Shown here: one piece after another, positions 47,199 to 52,278 of the stretch
Layout of the letters: every line of letters starts with the position of its first letter
Position numbering within the stretch: the stretch's first letter is position 1
Assembly (NCBI GenBank): GCA_038279365.1
Contig: JAYODI010000006.1
Coordinates: forward strand, 86,278-138,555
Length of the DNA stretch: 52,278 nucleotides
Source of the DNA: Candidatus Latescibacterota bacterium
GTDB lineage: Bacteria; Latescibacterota; UBA2968
Direction: 5' to 3'
The notes under the pieces: model-generated
Seen by the model: the letters and a program-made list of their open reading frames with translations, nothing else
The model's database searches: none
What the model was told of the DNA's origin: nothing
Translations under genes and position numbers: made by a program

Positions 47199-48200
47199 AT
47201 GAAAACAGCGCTTAAGGCAATTATCAGCCTCGTTTTAACAGGTATTTTTTTATGGATCACATTCGACAATGTAGATTGGCAATCTTTATTCCAAACATTT
47301 CGAACAACAGATCCCTTAGGCATTATAGGTGCTGCCGCTATTGTTATTTTATCCTGTGTACCCCGTGCTTGGAGATGGCAAATTTTACTGGCTCCCGTAT
47401 CCAAAGACATTCGTTTTGCATCAGCATTCAAAGCCGTACTCATCGCCTATGCAGGCAACAATGTTTTTCCCCGTGCCGGTGAACTTGCCCGCGTGGTTTC
47501 ACTTACCCGATCCCATCCCTTACCCATGGGGGCTGTTGTTGCATCTGTTATTGTCGAACGATTACTCGACATGCTTGCGCTGTTGTTTCTCTTTGCCATT
47601 GTATTGGTATTTGCACGAGATAAAATAGCCCAAGCATTTCCGGGTCTTGAGAGCGTGGGCATCGTGGCACTTTTCGGTGTAATTTTTGCATTTGCAATGC
47701 TTATTGCCCTTTCGATTTATGGCGAACGAGGCATTGAAAATTTTGAACGCCTAACCGAGAAAATATCTCCCAATATTGCACATAAAATATCCGAACTGTT
47801 GCGTGCCTTTATACAAGGCATGGCAGGTATTGGTTCTGCAGAAAGTTATGCCGGCATATTCATAACAACCGTGCTCACCAATTTTTGTTATATCTTATCT
47901 ATCTATCTGCCCTTTTATAGTTTTGACTTTATTGAGCAATACAACTTGGGTTTATTTGACGCCATGATCGTTATGGTGCTGGCCAGTGTTGGTGTTGTTA
48001 TTCCCACACCCGGTGGTGCTGGAACCTATCATTTCTTTTGTTCAAAAACTTTACATATATTTTTTAATGTACCAGAAGTTCAAGCATTGGCCTTTGCAAC
48101 CGCCGTACACGGAGCTGCTTTTTTAGCCTTTTTTTTATTTGGTGGCCCCCCATTGTTTCGAATGTTATGGACACAAAAAAAAGAAGCGCAAAAAACATAA
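47199..48200 (+). CDS. Lysylphosphatidylglycerol synthase TM / flippase-like protein (UPF0104)
   Basis: RAWRW, NNVFP.RAGE, VERLLD and PTPGGAGTYH. Confidence 0.85.
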   Translation: MKTALKAIISLVLTGIFLWITFDNVDWQSLFQTFRTTDPLGIIGAAAIVILSCVPRAWRWQILLAPVSKDIRFASAFKAVLIAYAGNNVFPRAGELARVVSLTRSHPLPMGAVVASVIVERLLDMLALLFLFAIVLVFARDKIAQAFPGLESVGIVALFGVIFAFAMLIALSIYGERGIENFERLTEKISPNIAHKISELLRAFIQGMAGIGSAESYAGIFITTVLTNFCYILSIYLPFYSFDFIEQYNLGLFDAMIVMVLASVGVVIPTPGGAGTYHFFCSKTLHIFFNVPEVQALAFATAVHGAAFLAFFLFGGPPLFRMLWTQKKEAQKT

Positions 48201-48232
48201 TCCACGCTTCTTCTTAATTGCTTTTATAACCG

Positions 48233-48547
48233 TTATACTTTTGCTGAAAGCCTTTGTGAAATCGCCATTTCAGCTTCAGCTTCAGGAATCATGCCCTTTT
48301 GCTGATAAAGCCGAGACAAACTCGTATGTGCCAAAGCCTCATCAGGTGCTATCTCAATGGCTTTTTTAATCTGTTCAATGGCATCATCCACCTTCCCTTG
48401 TCGATCCAATGCCTGTGCCCACCCCAAAATAGCAATAAAAAATGTCTCATCTGCTTCTAAAGCTTTCTGAAAACTGATGATTGCACCATCCAGTTCACCC
48501 GCTCCCAATTTTCCCAATCCTGCCATATAATATTCTTTTGCCGTCAT
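48233..48547 (-). CDS. Small TPR protein
   Basis: About three TPR-like units (AIISFQKAL, AIEQIKKAIEIAP, LAHTSLSRLY). Confidence 0.8.
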   Translation of the reverse strand: MTAKEYYMAGLGKLGAGELDGAIISFQKALEADETFFIAILGWAQALDRQGKVDDAIEQIKKAIEIAPDEALAHTSLSRLYQQKGMIPEAEAEMAISQRLSAKV

Positions 48548-48631
48548 CTAAAATCCTTTCCATCCAAACCTTGAAAAATCTAATGATCGCCTTTGTTGTC
48601 AATAATAATCAAAATAGATCTAAGCATCAAC

Positions 48632-48844
48632 TTACCCACTTATCCCAACAAAAACAATCAACCAAATAAGCAGTAGTGCCACACTTACGCCAATCATCAC
48701 ACGGCAAAAAATACAGGGTTTGGCCATCTTTTCGGGCTCTGAAAAAGAACCACAGTATCGACATTTAATGGCCTCAGTTTTTATTTTTTCCCCACAATAA
48801 GGACACTGCCTCAATGTCTTCAGCCTCCCAATGCCATTAATCAT
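48632..48844 (-). CDS. Small zinc-ribbon membrane protein
   Basis: CPYC...CRYC plus a C-terminal TM helix. Confidence 0.55.
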   Translation of the reverse strand: MINGIGRLKTLRQCPYCGEKIKTEAIKCRYCGSFSEPEKMAKPCIFCRVMIGVSVALLLIWLIVFVGISG

Positions 48845-48881
48845 AAAGAAACAGGAGAGGAACCAATGGCACCTCTCCTGT
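48845..48881 (-). terminator. Intrinsic terminator after the Omp85-like gene
   Basis: Stem ACAGGAGAGG / CCTCTCCTGT with a T-rich tail on the minus strand. Confidence 0.75.
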
Positions 48882-48904
48882 CATTATCATTCAATTAAGC
48901 ACTA

Positions 48905-51900
48905 TTAAAATAAGCCGGTAAAATCAATTGAGAAATATTGCTTGGGATGAAAGGTTTGCGCAAAGTCGGTTGGCCAAGCGAGATCATACCGGAACAAGAA
49001 ATATCCCATATTTGCCCGCACACCAAAACCATAACCTGCTTGCAAGTCTCGCAACTCAAACCCACCATCGCGCGCCTCCCACAACTCGACGGTATCTCGA
49101 TTGAAGGCACCACCCACATCTAAGAACAACTCGCCTTGGATATTTTGAAAGAAAAACGGCAAAGGCCACCCCATGGCCAGTTGGTGAATGAGCGGGAATC
49201 GAAATGCCAAGTTGACCAACCCATACGAATCACCCGCCATTTCGAGCAAATCTGCACCGCGCAAAGGCCACACATAAGACGAAAAGAAAATGCGACTTTG
49301 ATCGACACTGGCAATGGTAGAAAATGTGGGATTAATAGGATTGTTCACACCACCCAAGAAAAATACGGTGCTGTTTGGACCATAACTTGTACCACCTGCC
49401 AAACGCAACGCAAATGTATACTGATCCGATAGACGAACATATTTGCGATAATCCATGGTCATGGTCACAAATTCCATACCCAATGCCGAACCTTCTACAT
49501 TAAAGCGATATCGCTTACCATCAACAGCCCCAAACAAACTATAAAGTGCCGAATCGCCAACCAACGCCGCTTCTGTCACGATTGAACGTTGGCGATCTAT
49601 CAATACCCCATTAAAACCATTTCCAATGCCTTGGAAACCAGGGCTCAAACTCCCCCCTGGCGTTGCGCCCAATTGCTCGCGATCAATGGCCACGGCACGC
49701 ATGTTAAATTCTAACCGAGAAAATCGATTAAAGGGGCGCTCTAAACCACCGGCAAGCCCATAATAACGGTCGGCATGCAAAACATTGTTATTGAAAAAAT
49801 AAAACCTTGTGTGGAATAACTGACCAAAGTAATTATTTCGGCGTTTCAAAAAGGCATAACTCAGCATAAAATCACTGTCTTTTAACGAAAAATTCAAACT
49901 TGTCAAAAGCGTTGCACGATGATCCCCCATCACATCACTCACGGACAGTTGGATAAAGCTGCTCACGCCATAAAACGTATCAAAGCCAGCTTGTGCACCA
50001 AATAATTCGGGCTTGAATTTCAACTTATATTTCTTAACCTGAAACTCCTTTTCGCCCCAGTCGCGAAAGCCACCATCGTCTGTATTACTGGCATTTTCGG
50101 GATTTCCTTCAACCGGATAGGTGGTGGCCACGTTCAAACTGTCTTTTGCAATACTGGTATCGGCCACTGCAGCAGCCAATTCTGCTTGGTCCGATATCCA
50201 TACAGCAACATCATTTTCAGCCGTAGAATCCGTCACAGACACTTCTATTTCGGCATCTTTTTTTCCTTTGCGTTTTTCATCGTATTTTTCTCGCTGACGC
50301 TCAACAAAAGTTTTTGTATCTGCCCCTTCTAACCGTTTTACAAAACGCGTCTGAGGCACATCTGCCATATCTTTACGCTTATCCAACGGATCTTTTAAAA
50401 CAAACACATCCAAAGCGCCTTTATGGAAAGCATTAAATACAATTTTGCGACCATCCGTAGACCAATCGATATATTGCGCCCCAGACAACAAATTGGTAAT
50501 CGGGTAGACCGTTGAGCTATCTAAATTGGCAATGTAAATATTGCCCATACCCGTCCGATCAGAAACAAATGCCAATTGTTTGCTGTCGGGGCCCCAAACA
50601 GGATGTGCATCTTCGGCCTCATTATCAGAAACCACGCGCTTCATTTGAGACCCATCAGACTTAATGACATAAATATCATATTGGCCAAAAGGAAAGTCTT
50701 TTCCTGCCGTAAATGCCAAATTTGTATCGGGCCGATCAGAACTCATCGCAATCCATTGGCCATCAGGAGACCAATCTAAGTGCCGCTCATCATACGGATC
50801 GTTGGTCACGCGTGTGAGTGATTCATCTTCAATATCGACCACATAAATATCCGACCAACCATCTTGAATACCCGCCACTGCAATCTTTTGCCCATCAGGT
50901 GACCACGTGGGCTCAAACAATCCGTCTAACTCAAACTTAAATCGTTTACGCACCTTCTTTTTTTTCACATCAAGAATATAAAGCGTATTCTTGTTGTTCG
51001 ACTTGGCGGCAAAAGCAATGCTGCGTCCATCTGGTGACCAAGTAAATCCTGGCCGTAAAACAAACATAGACTCAAAGTTTGAAGACTTTTGACCTTCAAC
51101 CAACCGCCCTAAATCTTTGCCATCTATTGCAGACATTAAATAAATATCGAACGTGCCATTGCGATCGGTTAAATAGGCAACCTTATCGCCTTGTGGTGAA
51201 AAAGCGGCTGCCAAATTGTATGTAGAACGTCCTTCTTCTCTGTCGGTTAAATTCTTTGCAATTTCATTGGGTGTGCTGTGTAAGTTAATTTCATTCCAAT
51301 ATTGTCGTTTGAGCCACAATTGATACTTTTCATTCAATTCCTTCATGCCAAAGCCCAAAGAAGCTTTGAGGGCCTTATCTGCAGTTTTGGCCGTGCGGAA
51401 TGCCGAAATAAATTCGGCTACTTTATCTTTTCCGTATTCTTGGTCGATAAAGTAAAATACCGATGCGCCACCTGGATATGCAAAATAACTCAAAGACATT
51501 ATTTCGATTGGCGGTACATAACCCGTAATGGTGGCATCACGCATAAAATTGTCGTGTTCTTTGTGCCATCCATAACGAGAGACATATTCGGCAATACCTT
51601 CCGCAATCCACAACGGCGGCAAAGTAGCCGTTTGTGAAACCAAAGACCCCAACCACCCACCACCCGTCCACAGCTCGATGGTTACTGCATGCACAAGCTC
51701 ATGATGAATCACATGGCGCAAATCATCGTAAGACCCCGTGTAAGGAATAACCACACGGCCTTGCGCAAACTCGGTAAAACCTCCCGTAAATTCCGATTGT
51801 TCACCTGAAGAAATATTGGTCACAGAAAACCCATTATGCGAATTATATATCACAATGGGATAGCGGTTTTTCATGGTGTATTTTAATGTTTTTTCAATAT

Positions 51901-52111
51901 TGACCAATGATCTTTCCGACTCTTTGGCGACAAATTCAGCCAATTCAAGAGACCCTTCACCAAAATAAATGGTAAAGTGTTCACTCTCAATGTACAACCA
52001 ATCATATTGGCTATAATTGACTTTATTCTTGCCAAAATATTCTTGCGCAAACCCATTTGGAGGTGACAAGAAGAACAAAGCCAAAAATAAAAAGAGGCGC
52101 CAATGAACCAT
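48905..52111 (-). CDS. Omp85/BamA-like barrel fused to an N-terminal gluzincin-type peptidase and PD40/TolB-like beta-propeller
   Basis: Signal peptide, YFGKNKV, HELVH plus AEGIAEY, repeated (F/W)SPDG units, FFLGG, PLRG, GYGFGVR, RYDLAWP and a terminal F. AAGGAG precedes the ATG at 52111. Confidence 0.85.
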   Translation of the reverse strand: MVHWRLFLFLALFFLSPPNGFAQEYFGKNKVNYSQYDWLYIESEHFTIYFGEGSLELAEFVAKESERSLVNIEKTLKYTMKNRYPIVIYNSHNGFSVTNISSGEQSEFTGGFTEFAQGRVVIPYTGSYDDLRHVIHHELVHAVTIELWTGGGWLGSLVSQTATLPPLWIAEGIAEYVSRYGWHKEHDNFMRDATITGYVPPIEIMSLSYFAYPGGASVFYFIDQEYGKDKVAEFISAFRTAKTADKALKASLGFGMKELNEKYQLWLKRQYWNEINLHSTPNEIAKNLTDREEGRSTYNLAAAFSPQGDKVAYLTDRNGTFDIYLMSAIDGKDLGRLVEGQKSSNFESMFVLRPGFTWSPDGRSIAFAAKSNNKNTLYILDVKKKKVRKRFKFELDGLFEPTWSPDGQKIAVAGIQDGWSDIYVVDIEDESLTRVTNDPYDERHLDWSPDGQWIAMSSDRPDTNLAFTAGKDFPFGQYDIYVIKSDGSQMKRVVSDNEAEDAHPVWGPDSKQLAFVSDRTGMGNIYIANLDSSTVYPITNLLSGAQYIDWSTDGRKIVFNAFHKGALDVFVLKDPLDKRKDMADVPQTRFVKRLEGADTKTFVERQREKYDEKRKGKKDAEIEVSVTDSTAENDVAVWISDQAELAAAVADTSIAKDSLNVATTYPVEGNPENASNTDDGGFRDWGEKEFQVKKYKLKFKPELFGAQAGFDTFYGVSSFIQLSVSDVMGDHRATLLTSLNFSLKDSDFMLSYAFLKRRNNYFGQLFHTRFYFFNNNVLHADRYYGLAGGLERPFNRFSRLEFNMRAVAIDREQLGATPGGSLSPGFQGIGNGFNGVLIDRQRSIVTEAALVGDSALYSLFGAVDGKRYRFNVEGSALGMEFVTMTMDYRKYVRLSDQYTFALRLAGGTSYGPNSTVFFLGGVNNPINPTFSTIASVDQSRIFFSSYVWPLRGADLLEMAGDSYGLVNLAFRFPLIHQLAMGWPLPFFFQNIQGELFLDVGGAFNRDTVELWEARDGGFELRDLQAGYGFGVRANMGYFLFRYDLAWPTDFAQTFHPKQYFSIDFTGLF

Positions 52112-52278
52112 AACCCACTCCTTTGTGAAATAAATGCACAGGATCAAATACCCAAATCCAAATAAAACCTGACAGCTTAAAAGACAAAATATGATGCCCA
52201 ATTAAACACATCGAGGTAATTATAAAAAAACAAATACTTATAACCCTTGTTCCCCTAACAAAATGTCAGGTATTTACA

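Overview
Ordinary-looking bacterial chromosome segment from a diderm. Gene content suggests a Latescibacterota/Gemmatimonadota-type FCB-group lineage, but that is inference only. No CRISPR array, rRNA, tRNA, transposase or phage genes were seen. Positions 235-41117 are almost all minus-strand. In window order: (1) plant-type threonine synthase and plant-type cystathionine gamma-synthase separated by a SAM-II riboswitch that has a terminator/antiterminator expression platform; (2) a long MoxR-DUF58-BatABCDE operon interrupted by a GldAFG-like ABC transporter plus DUF4340; (3) radA-kptA-dacZ-trkA-trkH-K+ channel-GT-C glycosyltransferase; (4) housekeeping yicC-gmk-rpoZ-coaBC-udg-dnaB; (5) a two-gene unit encoding a 1624-aa pseudo-M28-peptidase/FtsX-permease fusion and an OPT-like transporter; (6) plus-strand envelope genes: LamG lipoprotein, DUF4398-like helical lipoprotein, one intact and one degenerate L,D-transpeptidase, PorV-like barrel, era, flippase-like protein; (7) a metallopeptidase/PD40/Omp85 fusion. 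The best candidates for undescribed systems are the giant dead-peptidase/FtsX + OPT-like pair, the plant-like Thr/Met branch point with a transcriptional SAM-II switch, the Bat+Gld hybrid operon, and the c-di-AMP/K+ cluster. All family calls are from motif recognition, not database searches.
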